DNA of 64,000 bases from a virus, in the IMG/VR virus record IMGVR_UViG_3300046534_001374, positions 64,001 to 128,000 of that record; one strand, 5' to 3'. Below, in pieces: positions 1 to 9,627 of this stretch. The notes under the pieces are model-generated. The model worked only from the letters and a program-made list of their open reading frames with translations. It was not told the DNA's origin and searched no databases. The translations under genes and the position numbers were made by a program. Position 1 is the first letter of the stretch, and every line of letters begins with the position of its first letter.

Positions 1-2
1 TA

Positions 3-188
3 ACTCACGAAATCGATTTTCGAGATAACACATATATGAACGAGATCACTGGAGTTAAATTCCATAGATACAACTCAGATATTGAAAGCCTACCTACGGA
101 TAACTCCGAAGATTTAGATATAGGTATTCCTAGACCTTCTGATGGGCTAACATTACCTAGTGGTATTGGCGATACTGTAATTTCTTAA
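3..188 (+). CDS. Partial CDS (3' end), possibly baseplate hub/tail protein
   Basis: Frame open from the window edge to TAA at 186-188 (THEIDFRDNTYMNEITGVKF...). It is convergent with the 185..2197 ORF; the product is a weak guess from context. Confidence 0.4.
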   Translation, partial: THEIDFRDNTYMNEITGVKFHRYNSDIESLPTDNSEDLDIGIPRPSDGLTLPSGIGDTVIS

Positions 189-2197
189 TAGGTGGGTATA
201 TTGTAGTTTTGAACGTAATGGGTGTGTCGTAAACTCTTAGTAGTTTCATTTGATGAACCGCCATTGAAAATATTTGTATCGCCTCTGTCTGGAGCGTCAT
301 TACTAGCTAGTGTGGCCGCAGTGATTGCTTGTGCATTTTCTTTATTGGCTGCTAACATTTCTAAATGTCTTTTATTACTCAGTTCCGTTTCTTCTCTTGC
401 ACGATCTTTTAGTGCTTTTTGTTCTTTTTCGTATTTCTTTTTAGCTACCCGTTCACCAGACTCCTTAGCAAGGGCATCAGATTCTACCAACGCTTCATAC
501 AATGCCTTCTCTATACCAACTGTATCGATTGTATCAACACCAGCTTTATCGAGATCAAACCCGTCAAGTCCAAGAACACCTAGAGCCTGTTGTGTAGCCC
601 ATGGTAATTTTTTTATTACCGCATTAGCTGCCGTCTGTATTGCTAGTGGAATGGTGTTAATGAATTCTGTGATAGAATTCACAGCGTAAGAGAAGCGGAG
701 TTTAAACCTTAAGATTGATTTTGTAAATGTATTTTTAATTTCTCTAAAGAAAAGACTTTGTGCGAATATATCCCAGATGTTCTTCATGCCATCTAAAACA
801 GCACCCCAGAATTTCTTAAATAACCCAAAATACCATACCCCAAAATTCTTAATAACATCAACGCTCTTGCTGGCGAATTTCAAACCACCTCCATTTCTAA
901 AGAAATCAAACGTGGCAATGACCCACCCAATGGCTGGCCCAAATAACATTTCACCACCTTCTTTTAATAGATCAATCGCGTCATCAACATCCCCGCCATT
1001 TTTAGCAGTGAACAACCCGAAAACCCCTTTGAATAGATTTGTGATTCCTTTGAAGAACTTGTTATTCATGAACCATGCCTTAATACCTGCGAAAAATCCC
1101 TTGCCTTGATTTTGTCTTTGGTCCCTAGTGGTTGTTAAATCCCTATAAGCAGAGAATAAATCTATACCTAAAGCCACTGCGTTTCCGATTACAGGAATTA
1201 TCGGCGCAATACCCGCTGCAATATCAAGCATACCCCCTACCACGTCACCATCTTTAAATCTAGAATAGGCAAAGCCAAACGAGATAATAGACCCCAATCC
1301 GGGAATTGCACTAAATGCAATTCTCGCACCCTTGCCCGCAAATTTACCCAATTTACCCAATTTACCCAAACCTACTTTTAATAAACCTATGACGTTTTTA
1401 AACATACCCTTTGCGGGTAACTTGCCTGTCACAAAATTAAAAATACCTTTTAAGCCACCACCCACCTTTTTGAGTATGGGCTTAAAAACGTTATCCATCA
1501 AGTTAGTTAAAATACCAGCCCCGAATTTAAAAATAGATGTTCCGATCATTTTTAAAGTTCCCTTCAACCTACCATCGGTCATAAAACCTTCAAAAAGTAA
1601 AGCGGCACCAACAGCTAAGGCACCAACAGCTACGCCAGCCATGGCTAACCATTTTAAAATTCCACCCAATTTACCTTTGGGTTTTTCCGAATCTCTACCC
1701 GATAATGAAACATTAGTTGCTGATACCGAACCCAATTTTTCTAATAAACCTTCTTGAACACTTGCGATATGCACGGGCATAGCTTTTCCTGTTCTTTCGG
1801 TTGTGAAATCATCGGGCAACGGTGGTGGTGTAGCTACACCCATGTTTAAACTTTTAAGAACTCTAGGAAGAATATGTGCAAGAACAACTTCTTTGGGTGG
1901 GTCTTTTGGGTTTTCGGTTGTAAACTTGTTATCGCTTGCGACTGTTTGGAGATTAACTTTATTTTCAAAGTTATCTATAAAAGTGTTTAATGCCTTTTCG
2001 TATCTCTTTTTGAAATTAGTAAACTTACTACTATTAATCTGAAATATATCAGACATAGCAAATGGTTTATTGTCAGTGGAAATACTTTTAAGCTTATCGA
2101 AAAATGGCACAAATGCACTCGAAAGCTGATCTTCGAAATAGCCATTCCCTTTCGCTGCATCCAATACGGATGCTATTTCTGCTAAATTCAGTTCCAT
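185..2197 (-). CDS. Probable tape-measure/baseplate hub protein (gp29-like)
   Basis: 670 aa with G/K/L/F-rich amphipathic helical repeats and an 'IPGLGSIIS...GDVVGGMLD' segment typical of tape-measure proteins. TAATTA lies 6 nt upstream of the ATG. Confidence 0.6.
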   Translation of the reverse strand: MELNLAEIASVLDAAKGNGYFEDQLSSAFVPFFDKLKSISTDNKPFAMSDIFQINSSKFTNFKKRYEKALNTFIDNFENKVNLQTVASDNKFTTENPKDPPKEVVLAHILPRVLKSLNMGVATPPPLPDDFTTERTGKAMPVHIASVQEGLLEKLGSVSATNVSLSGRDSEKPKGKLGGILKWLAMAGVAVGALAVGAALLFEGFMTDGRLKGTLKMIGTSIFKFGAGILTNLMDNVFKPILKKVGGGLKGIFNFVTGKLPAKGMFKNVIGLLKVGLGKLGKLGKFAGKGARIAFSAIPGLGSIISFGFAYSRFKDGDVVGGMLDIAAGIAPIIPVIGNAVALGIDLFSAYRDLTTTRDQRQNQGKGFFAGIKAWFMNNKFFKGITNLFKGVFGLFTAKNGGDVDDAIDLLKEGGEMLFGPAIGWVIATFDFFRNGGGLKFASKSVDVIKNFGVWYFGLFKKFWGAVLDGMKNIWDIFAQSLFFREIKNTFTKSILRFKLRFSYAVNSITEFINTIPLAIQTAANAVIKKLPWATQQALGVLGLDGFDLDKAGVDTIDTVGIEKALYEALVESDALAKESGERVAKKKYEKEQKALKDRAREETELSNKRHLEMLAANKENAQAITAATLASNDAPDRGDTNIFNGGSSNETTKSLRHTHYVQNYNIPTY

Positions 2198-2206
2198 CTA
2201 ATTTAA

Positions 2207-3823
2207 TTAGTAAACATAGAAGGGTGTGCTCATACCTCCTTCTGATTTTGTCTTCTTAAGCCAATCGGAGAGTTCTTTTCTCTCCTCAAGACCTTGTGCC
2301 AAAAGATCATTACCGTTGATTTGCAATCCGCCAATAGTCGATCCGCCAAATTTGGTTAATGTATTACCCATAATAATTTTGGTCAATGCTGTAGAATAAT
2401 CTTGAACCCAAGTTTCGGAAATCATTTGTGATATAGATCTCTCTAAGTTAATACCTAACAGGTAACACCCATTTCGGTAAATCCCGCCACTTCTATTTTT
2501 AAAGATCTTCAGTCTCTGGGTAGTGGGGTTAAAATCAAAACTAGTTTTATTACCACCACCAAATCGCTCACGCATCATCTCCATCATCGACATGCTTAGT
2601 TCATGCGTTACTATGTCGTATCCGTATCTGTTGAAATTTCTACCACCAGAGCCATTATACCCGAAAGTTTGTTGTGCTATGATATACTCAAAGCTGAATA
2701 ACCCAATTCCGAAATTGTTCGAAGACATAGGGGCAACCTCAAATACACCAGATATTTTTCGACTCTCGCCTCTGTCGTGATCTTGGTAAATATCAAAAGG
2801 CTCAACTCTAGTATCATACACCAAGGTTGTTACGTTTTTATTAAACTCTACATTTGCCGAAATGGGGTTGGCCGTATCTGGGACTGTATTATTATCGGTA
2901 ACCAATTTGAAACCAGTATTCTTGTCGATATCAAAAGTCCCTACTAATCCTTCGGGTAATGCGAAGTCGTTAACAAATTCAATACTAGCAGTAATATAAC
3001 CACAAGTGTCTAGCTTGCGATCTAAGACGTTGAAGGTTCCCCCTTTGCCTGTATTCAATATTATGGTCTGTAACCCCTCCACGGTGCAGTTAGGGACACT
3101 TGTTACCACAAGGTGTGTTGCTAATGATGGGTCGAAATCGGGATATAACGTTTCATCCACACCCCACCATTCCCAAGCAGAAATACACGGATCTTTATCC
3201 TCCCAACTAATCGGATAGAATTCGGCGATACCGTTTTCAACTTTGACCCAAACATCCAGAACAGGGGAAAGGGATTCTTGAGGAGGATAAGACTCTAAAG
3301 GGGTTATCGTTACCGAGTTAGCATCACAAACTTCAAAAGACCAAGGGTCGGTTGGTTCATAAGTTATTGCAATCGACCCCGTAGTTTCTGTGGCCGAAAC
3401 CGTGAGGCCAGAATCAATCAGCGAGACGCCATTTCCGATAAGGGTAGTCTCTACGGTTTCTCCCGAAACATATTCAGTCTCGATAACATCGCCTGTAAGC
3501 GCAGGGTTTGCGTCTACTCCTGTCTGGCATTGACAGTTGGTGACTATTTCATCCAATCTAATTGAACAACCATCATCTAATGCATCGTCGCAAAATAAAA
3601 CATATTCACGATCATAACCAGCATACCTTGAATATAAATCAATTGCCTCGTCTATGTTATTTGCAATTGCTTCATCTGTAGCATTAATCTTGGACAAAGG
3701 TGCCCCGAGACGGATTTTGATTCTATTAGCAAGGTCTTCGTAAGACTTGATGGAAGAATTCCTATAAGTGGAACCACTCCAGTTATCTGGTAGAACGTTA
3801 TTGGTTGTAATTTCAGAAGCCAT
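2207..3823 (-). CDS. Neck protein (T4 gp13-like) with large central insertion
   Basis: N-terminal 'IKIRLGAP...NIDEAIDLYSRY' and C-terminal 'WVQDYSTALTK..MGNTLTKFGG...GGLQING' match gp13 motifs. Confidence 0.8.
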   Translation of the reverse strand: MASEITTNNVLPDNWSGSTYRNSSIKSYEDLANRIKIRLGAPLSKINATDEAIANNIDEAIDLYSRYAGYDREYVLFCDDALDDGCSIRLDEIVTNCQCQTGVDANPALTGDVIETEYVSGETVETTLIGNGVSLIDSGLTVSATETTGSIAITYEPTDPWSFEVCDANSVTITPLESYPPQESLSPVLDVWVKVENGIAEFYPISWEDKDPCISAWEWWGVDETLYPDFDPSLATHLVVTSVPNCTVEGLQTIILNTGKGGTFNVLDRKLDTCGYITASIEFVNDFALPEGLVGTFDIDKNTGFKLVTDNNTVPDTANPISANVEFNKNVTTLVYDTRVEPFDIYQDHDRGESRKISGVFEVAPMSSNNFGIGLFSFEYIIAQQTFGYNGSGGRNFNRYGYDIVTHELSMSMMEMMRERFGGGNKTSFDFNPTTQRLKIFKNRSGGIYRNGCYLLGINLERSISQMISETWVQDYSTALTKIIMGNTLTKFGGSTIGGLQINGNDLLAQGLEERKELSDWLKKTKSEGGMSTPFYVY

Positions 3824-3854
3824 TACCTTTAATTAGGCTTTTGGTATTGTATCA

Positions 3855-3938
3855 ATCCAACAAGACGTGAGAGAGCGACGATCTGCCGCTAGTAAAGTTT
3901 ATGGTTATATTAGATCGCGTTTTAATTCTGCGTTCATA
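3855..3938 (+). repeat. Solitary short attC-like element related to the 47.5-50.4 kb array
   Basis: ATCCAAC-aagac-gtgagagagcgacgatct...tagatcgcgttttaattc-tgc-GTTCATA. It shares the left arm and part of the loop with the array repeats and lies in a divergent intergenic region. Confidence 0.75.
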
Positions 3939-3976
3939 AACATTGATTAAACCCAACCTAAACCTTAATTACAATT

Positions 3977-4801
3977 ATGGCAAAAAAAGAATCTGAAAAG
4001 TTCACCTCAATTATTGAATCACTTAAAAAGATTAACGATTCTAAGAGAATTAGTTTTAAACTACCGTCCTCTAAGATCGAGGTTGAATTAAATCCACTAC
4101 AAGCAAAGCACATTTCACAAATCAACAGTTCGTTTATGGCTGGTGGTAGTGACGGAACCTTTGCGGCTAGCTTTATCGGTTTATTGAAGAGGTTACTAAC
4201 TGATGTATTGATTCTTCCTGAAGGAAATACCTTCAAAGATTTTGATACTATTGATATGCATTATATCTTGTTCAAAATGAGAGAACTGATCGATCCGATT
4301 TTTAATATAAAATCTGGTGATGGTGAAAATGATATTGCAATCGATATTAAAAACCATATTAAAAATCTTGATAAACTTAAAAACATCAAAAAAGAAATCA
4401 CTTTCGGTAATACTTCTTGTAAAGTTACATTACAGTTACCTAGCTTCGAACATTACGCCAAGTATAGTAAATTCATCGAGATAGCCCACAAAAGCGCCAG
4501 AGATCAAAAAAAACCTAATTTTGAGAATCTTACCAAGGATGTCTTCTCTTTTAGTATATTAACGTATATCTATAAATTGTCGGTTATTGTCGATAAGGAA
4601 GAACATGAATTTATTTTCTCTGAAGAGACACCAGCGAACCAATCAGAAATTCTTGATCACATACCTAAAGACGAATACTCGGAAATCTTCAAATCTATTT
4701 CCAAATTAACAGAACCTATCCAAAAATGTCTAGAAACAGATGTCGAAGATGTTTCTATTCCTATCGACCATACATTTCTGATTCAGAACATGGATAGTTA
4801 A
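3977..4801 (+). CDS. Baseplate hub assembly protein (gp26-like)
   Basis: 'FKLPSS...L.PL' and 'FDTIDMHYILFKMR' motifs; 274 aa; late motif TAATTA 5 nt upstream. Confidence 0.65.
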   Translation: MAKKESEKFTSIIESLKKINDSKRISFKLPSSKIEVELNPLQAKHISQINSSFMAGGSDGTFAASFIGLLKRLLTDVLILPEGNTFKDFDTIDMHYILFKMRELIDPIFNIKSGDGENDIAIDIKNHIKNLDKLKNIKKEITFGNTSCKVTLQLPSFEHYAKYSKFIEIAHKSARDQKKPNFENLTKDVFSFSILTYIYKLSVIVDKEEHEFIFSEETPANQSEILDHIPKDEYSEIFKSISKLTEPIQKCLETDVEDVSIPIDHTFLIQNMDS

Positions 4802-6861
4802 AATTCAACCTTTAATATTTTAGTTGCACTACCCGCAGCAAAATATATACTATTTCCTACAGTTACCGCATATGTGAACCAATTGCCACTTGCTCCGAAA
4901 TCATCCTTTATGTCCTCAAGACTGACCCATCCGATTTCATCAGTTGCAGGATTAATCCAAAATAAATATGGCATCTGCCACGGAGTCGAATAAATTAAAC
5001 CATTCGGACCCTCCACTGTGGAAAAACTTTTTGACAGTGTTGCTGAATATAGTTCGGTCGGCAGGGGAATCTCTTCGGCCATTTCAGTATCTGGATTTAT
5101 TTTAAGTATCGCGTTTGCGTGTCTAGGCATCGCATAGATACACTGATTTACACTTGAAAGAGCACCCCCGCTATATTTAGCTGTATAAGCTCCGTTGTTA
5201 AAATCTATTGGTTGTCCTATTGGTGGAATTTCGGCATTACCGTCTAATGTATCCAAACCTTGTTTTGCGGTCATCGTAAACGGATCAATTATACTGATCC
5301 TATCGCTAGTGAATGGAATTCCGAAGACTTTTCCATTATTAGCAGTTACCGCACCCCAATATCTATCAAAGGTATAATCCGCATACGATTCCCAGTCGGT
5401 TCTAATACTATAAAAAGGCCCAGAACGATCTATATCAAAAAGTATATTTGTGTTTATTTGTGTTTCTAAATCATGAATAAATACTCTGTTAGTTGTCCCC
5501 GAGAATGTTGTTAAAAACAGTTTACCTTGTGATTCGGCAATCCCTCTAGTCTGCCATGCAGAACCACTAGTATCTAGGGTTAGTGTTTCCCCTGAAGCAT
5601 CTATGATTAGAATACCCCCAGCGGCATGTGGTGCTGCATATATCAATCCGTTTGAGGCTACTAAAGAACTTACCCACTTTTGGCTGCTCGAAGTAATCCC
5701 CGATACAGAAGGCCCAAAACTCACGGTATCCGTTTCGGGGTCGATTATCATTATTTCGCTAGCTGCGTATGGTGCGGCAATCAACCTCCCGTCCTCCGCT
5801 TGAGAAATGGACCTCCATTTAATAGAAGTCCCTTTGCTGGTGAGGTCACCAAACGTGCTAATGTTCTTTATTTCTGCGGGTATTGTTTCTGCGGATATTG
5901 TAGGGCCGTATTCGATATATAAATCCCCCTCCTTTTGGCAATCGATTTGGTCTACCTCTGCGCTTGCGGGTAATTCAATTGTATAGCACGACCCCCCAAC
6001 ATAGTTGGGGTATGTTAACTGCTCGAAGAATACAGACCATTTACCATCTTTAGAATACCCCCCTAACAACTCATATGGAAAATCTAACAATTCAATACCA
6101 TCCCAAACTTTTTCTGATAGATCGTATTCATAAATTCTCAAATTCTGAGCTATATCCGAATCAGTTAGAAATAATTCAATTCTACCTTCTTTGGTATTTA
6201 AAACCGCAGAGGTTATGGTTGCTGTTAGATTGGTGGATATTGTTTTGATATTTTCGCCATCAAAGATTCTCAAATTAAATTCTCCTAAAATTTGATCAAT
6301 AATAAATAGTGGATTTTCGTTTTCATCTGAAATTACATTAAAGTAAGACATATACCCCAACGAGAATGTTTCAAAGCTTTTACATGTAGTAAACCAAACT
6401 TGACTTTCCCCCACTAGGACAATCTTATCATAAAAAACATTTACATTTACCAGTTCCAATTCTTCAACTACCAAGCTATCAATGGTTAGAACCGGATTTC
6501 TATCAGAATCAAAAATGAACAGTTTGCCTACGAAGTTTTTCTTGCTGGTTATATTATTCTCGTTTTCAATATCCTTGAATAGGAGATATGCATTACCACA
6601 AACATCCTCAACACATTTAAACAACCTATCTTCCACGATAGATGCATCAACGCATTGCTGGCTGGCTTTGTTAACTAGAGCACTCAGATCCTCAACGGAA
6701 GAGGAGTATGCGGTGTAATTTTGAAAGTCTTGGCTTGCCGCATTCCTTGAATCACAATAGACCCCATTCGTTAACTCGAAAGGTGTCCTGTTTTTTTGAA
6801 CTGTTCGCTCATTAATAAAACTATTAGGATCTCTTACTACTGTTGGGTTATTTTCACTCAC
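4798..6861 (-). CDS. Probable virion protein with beta-propeller repeats
   Basis: Repeated 'xxxNGxIYxxP...ILxIDPxTxT' blades in the C-terminal half. Confidence 0.55.
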   Translation of the reverse strand: MSENNPTVVRDPNSFINERTVQKNRTPFELTNGVYCDSRNAASQDFQNYTAYSSSVEDLSALVNKASQQCVDASIVEDRLFKCVEDVCGNAYLLFKDIENENNITSKKNFVGKLFIFDSDRNPVLTIDSLVVEELELVNVNVFYDKIVLVGESQVWFTTCKSFETFSLGYMSYFNVISDENENPLFIIDQILGEFNLRIFDGENIKTISTNLTATITSAVLNTKEGRIELFLTDSDIAQNLRIYEYDLSEKVWDGIELLDFPYELLGGYSKDGKWSVFFEQLTYPNYVGGSCYTIELPASAEVDQIDCQKEGDLYIEYGPTISAETIPAEIKNISTFGDLTSKGTSIKWRSISQAEDGRLIAAPYAASEIMIIDPETDTVSFGPSVSGITSSSQKWVSSLVASNGLIYAAPHAAGGILIIDASGETLTLDTSGSAWQTRGIAESQGKLFLTTFSGTTNRVFIHDLETQINTNILFDIDRSGPFYSIRTDWESYADYTFDRYWGAVTANNGKVFGIPFTSDRISIIDPFTMTAKQGLDTLDGNAEIPPIGQPIDFNNGAYTAKYSGGALSSVNQCIYAMPRHANAILKINPDTEMAEEIPLPTELYSATLSKSFSTVEGPNGLIYSTPWQMPYLFWINPATDEIGWVSLEDIKDDFGASGNWFTYAVTVGNSIYFAAGSATKILKVEF

Positions 6862-6862
6862 G

Positions 6863-8722
6863 TTAAATTACAAATGTTGCATCGTTAGAATTGCCAGAAC
6901 CGTCTGTTAATATATTACCAACTAAACCTTCTGCTTCAAAAATAATATCGAATGCATTTTCTTCACTGCATTCTTCGACAACCTCCTCCGAGTTTCTATT
7001 ATTCTTAATATTGAAACTATAGATACCCTCGCCCGTGGTCGTATCAAACACACATATATCCATACTACAGGTAGTAACTGTTATAGACGCTATTGCAGGA
7101 CCGCCAGACTCACAGGGTATAGCGTCAGCCCACACCAACTCAACACCCTCGTTTGAACCATATAAAGACTCAGAACAAGACATATCTCTAGCATCTCTAA
7201 CGGTCGCGGATATGTCTAGTATGTCTAAATTATTATGCCTTAGGTGTTGGTTTGTATGTGTATGGCCATTTAGTATTAGGTCAACAGGTAAATCGTCAAA
7301 CCCCCAGTCCATCTCAGTGACTACCTTATTTGTTGCCGACGACATACCACTAACATATGGGTGGTGGAACATTACAACCCTATACTTTGCAGTTGAAGCC
7401 CCTAATGCCCCTATGAACCATTGATACTGAAGACTACCCACCGTATTACCATCAGGCTCAACCATACTACCATTAGACTTAACGCCACTATTAAGAACAA
7501 ACAATTCTAAACTAGCATCTTCAAACATTACGTTATAGTATCTTTTGTTATTAGGGAGATAATCGAACTTATCGGTTTGTGGGTTCGCCAAATCGAAATT
7601 CTCTATATCGTGATTGCCGATAGCCGGAAATACTTTCTCGATCTGGACATAAGGGTCGAACAAATCCCAATTTGCTTCGATGGTTTCGTAGTCCCCATTT
7701 TCGTAGTTGTTATCTCCACCGAAGAATACCCCGTCCAACTCACCCATTCTATAGAGAATATCGGCAGCATCTGTTTGTTTACTATTAACTTGACCCGCAT
7801 CTGACATGAAACCGAATACACCATAATATTCTGGTGAATCTTTTTTACAAACTTCGGTAAGGACGTTTAAGTTTTTATTGGATAAAGGTCTTTTGTATGT
7901 GTATACCTCACCCGCGCTCAACACCGTTTGTGATGGATTTATATCTTCAAACAAAACACTCTCCAGTTCTGGAGAATCGGATAAACATGTCTCACCAACT
8001 AACCCATAATACCTATCAACCCACACCGACTCACAATCATCACCCTTAAGCCAAGACTCAACACCGTTCGCTATTATATGGTCGGCTTCTTCAGGGCATG
8101 AGCCAGCAAGAGCGCCAAAACAAGAGAAATCAAGATCTACTAAATTTATAGGGTCTGAAAGATCGGGTAATTTAAATGTAAACTCACTTGTATCGAATGT
8201 TTGAGTTATGGTGTTGGTAGTAAAAAGAATAGATGGTTTGAATGTATCAAGTTGATGCTCACCAAAGTTAAAATAACTATAGTTTCTATAACAAGATCCA
8301 CATGTTACGGTTTCTTTTTCGGAGAAATTATTCTTTAAAGGTATAATACTACCCCTAAACAAATACGAATCCGAATCCGCCTCTATCGTAGAAGTCTTAG
8401 GGAAGCTGGTCCAGTAGTTAAAACAGGGTTCTGGTGATTCCTCGGCCATTATAGGAACTTCTTCAGTGAATACGGAGAGGACAGGGGTAGTCATACCCTC
8501 GGAAAATTTAGTTCTTACGTTGGTGAGAAAATTAACACTATTGAAGTTCTGGCTGAAGTCCCAAACTTCACTCAACTCTAATTGTATCCGGTCCCCGTCC
8601 CCTCCTATAAATCCTGCGGGTAGTGTTTCCATAAAACCATCAAAAAAACTCCTATTTGGGTTCAAATAACCAAACTTAATAGGGGTTTTTTTAATATATT
8701 CTGATGGCACAGGTATTAACAT
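6863..8722 (-). CDS. Putative virion protein containing a calcineurin-like metallophosphoesterase domain
   Basis: Motifs SDAG, GGDNNY, GNHD, FHHP and GHTH in order. TAATTA lies 6 nt upstream of the ATG at 8722. Confidence 0.75.
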   Translation of the reverse strand: MLIPVPSEYIKKTPIKFGYLNPNRSFFDGFMETLPAGFIGGDGDRIQLELSEVWDFSQNFNSVNFLTNVRTKFSEGMTTPVLSVFTEEVPIMAEESPEPCFNYWTSFPKTSTIEADSDSYLFRGSIIPLKNNFSEKETVTCGSCYRNYSYFNFGEHQLDTFKPSILFTTNTITQTFDTSEFTFKLPDLSDPINLVDLDFSCFGALAGSCPEEADHIIANGVESWLKGDDCESVWVDRYYGLVGETCLSDSPELESVLFEDINPSQTVLSAGEVYTYKRPLSNKNLNVLTEVCKKDSPEYYGVFGFMSDAGQVNSKQTDAADILYRMGELDGVFFGGDNNYENGDYETIEANWDLFDPYVQIEKVFPAIGNHDIENFDLANPQTDKFDYLPNNKRYYNVMFEDASLELFVLNSGVKSNGSMVEPDGNTVGSLQYQWFIGALGASTAKYRVVMFHHPYVSGMSSATNKVVTEMDWGFDDLPVDLILNGHTHTNQHLRHNNLDILDISATVRDARDMSCSESLYGSNEGVELVWADAIPCESGGPAIASITVTTCSMDICVFDTTTGEGIYSFNIKNNRNSEEVVEECSEENAFDIIFEAEGLVGNILTDGSGNSNDATFVI

Positions 8723-8764
8723 CAATTCTAATTATAGGTTTTCACACTATTAAACAAAGGATGG

Positions 8765-9535
8765 TTAAAAACTAGCATAAGCGGGTGGGGTTTTACGGGT
8801 TCTTTCGTTATACTCTCTCTCCATTTCCTCAAAATCCTCAAATTTCTTAACAATAAATTTGACGATTTCGGATCTCACGATATCGTCGGAGGTTAATTGG
8901 AAGAAATTAATGCCCTTATCCACACATTCGGGTGTATCGAAAATTTGTTTGGCTGTCTCTAGGCCCGACCCTTTAATGTCGGACTGTTGGCTATCGCCAC
9001 ACATGATCAATTTCGAACCCTTACCGATACGAGTCATAAGGGTTTTCACTTCATCTATACTGAAATTTTGGATTTCATCAGCAATTACATAATGATCTAC
9101 CCAATTTTGGCCTCTTAGGAAATTTATAGGAGCCGCCTTCAACGGAAGTCCAGACCTAGACCCTACCTCAACTATCTCTTCTACCTTAGAGTCTAGGATA
9201 GCCTTATAATTGGAAAACTTGGCATTTTCGTCACCAGCTAAATATCCCATAGATTTAGACGCACTTTCAATGACCGTTCGTAGATATAAAATATCTTTAA
9301 AATCTTGTTCTTGGTATGCTTTCAGTGCTGCATAGACCGATAGATAACTTTTCCCTACTCCGGCTGGGCCGTCAATTATTACAATTTTAACAGTGTCGTC
9401 CAACATAGCATGTAAAATTTCTCGTTGGTTTTTCGAAAACTTAAAATCCCTTTTATTGAAGGCTATCTTTGTTACCGATGAATTTTTAGATAAAGCTTGA
9501 TTAATATCCGTTACGGATAAGTTATTATTTGACAT
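8765..9535 (-). CDS. phoH: PhoH-family ATPase
   Basis: GPAGVGKS, FLRGQ, DEIQN, TRIG, GDSQQSD and DIVRS motifs. Confidence 0.95.
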   Translation of the reverse strand: MSNNNLSVTDINQALSKNSSVTKIAFNKRDFKFSKNQREILHAMLDDTVKIVIIDGPAGVGKSYLSVYAALKAYQEQDFKDILYLRTVIESASKSMGYLAGDENAKFSNYKAILDSKVEEIVEVGSRSGLPLKAAPINFLRGQNWVDHYVIADEIQNFSIDEVKTLMTRIGKGSKLIMCGDSQQSDIKGSGLETAKQIFDTPECVDKGINFFQLTSDDIVRSEIVKFIVKKFEDFEEMEREYNERTRKTPPAYASF

Positions 9536-9627
9536 CTAAATTTAATTATACCTCACAAACATAAATTCAATCAAACCTATTAAATTAATTTGGGTTGCAA
9601 TAAATTGATTAGTTCATAATTAAATAT

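Noticed and set aside
222-2042. + strand ORFs antisense to the tape-measure-like gene (and similar shadow ORFs elsewhere)
   Set aside because: Fully nested opposite well-supported genes, with no motifs or promoter signals.
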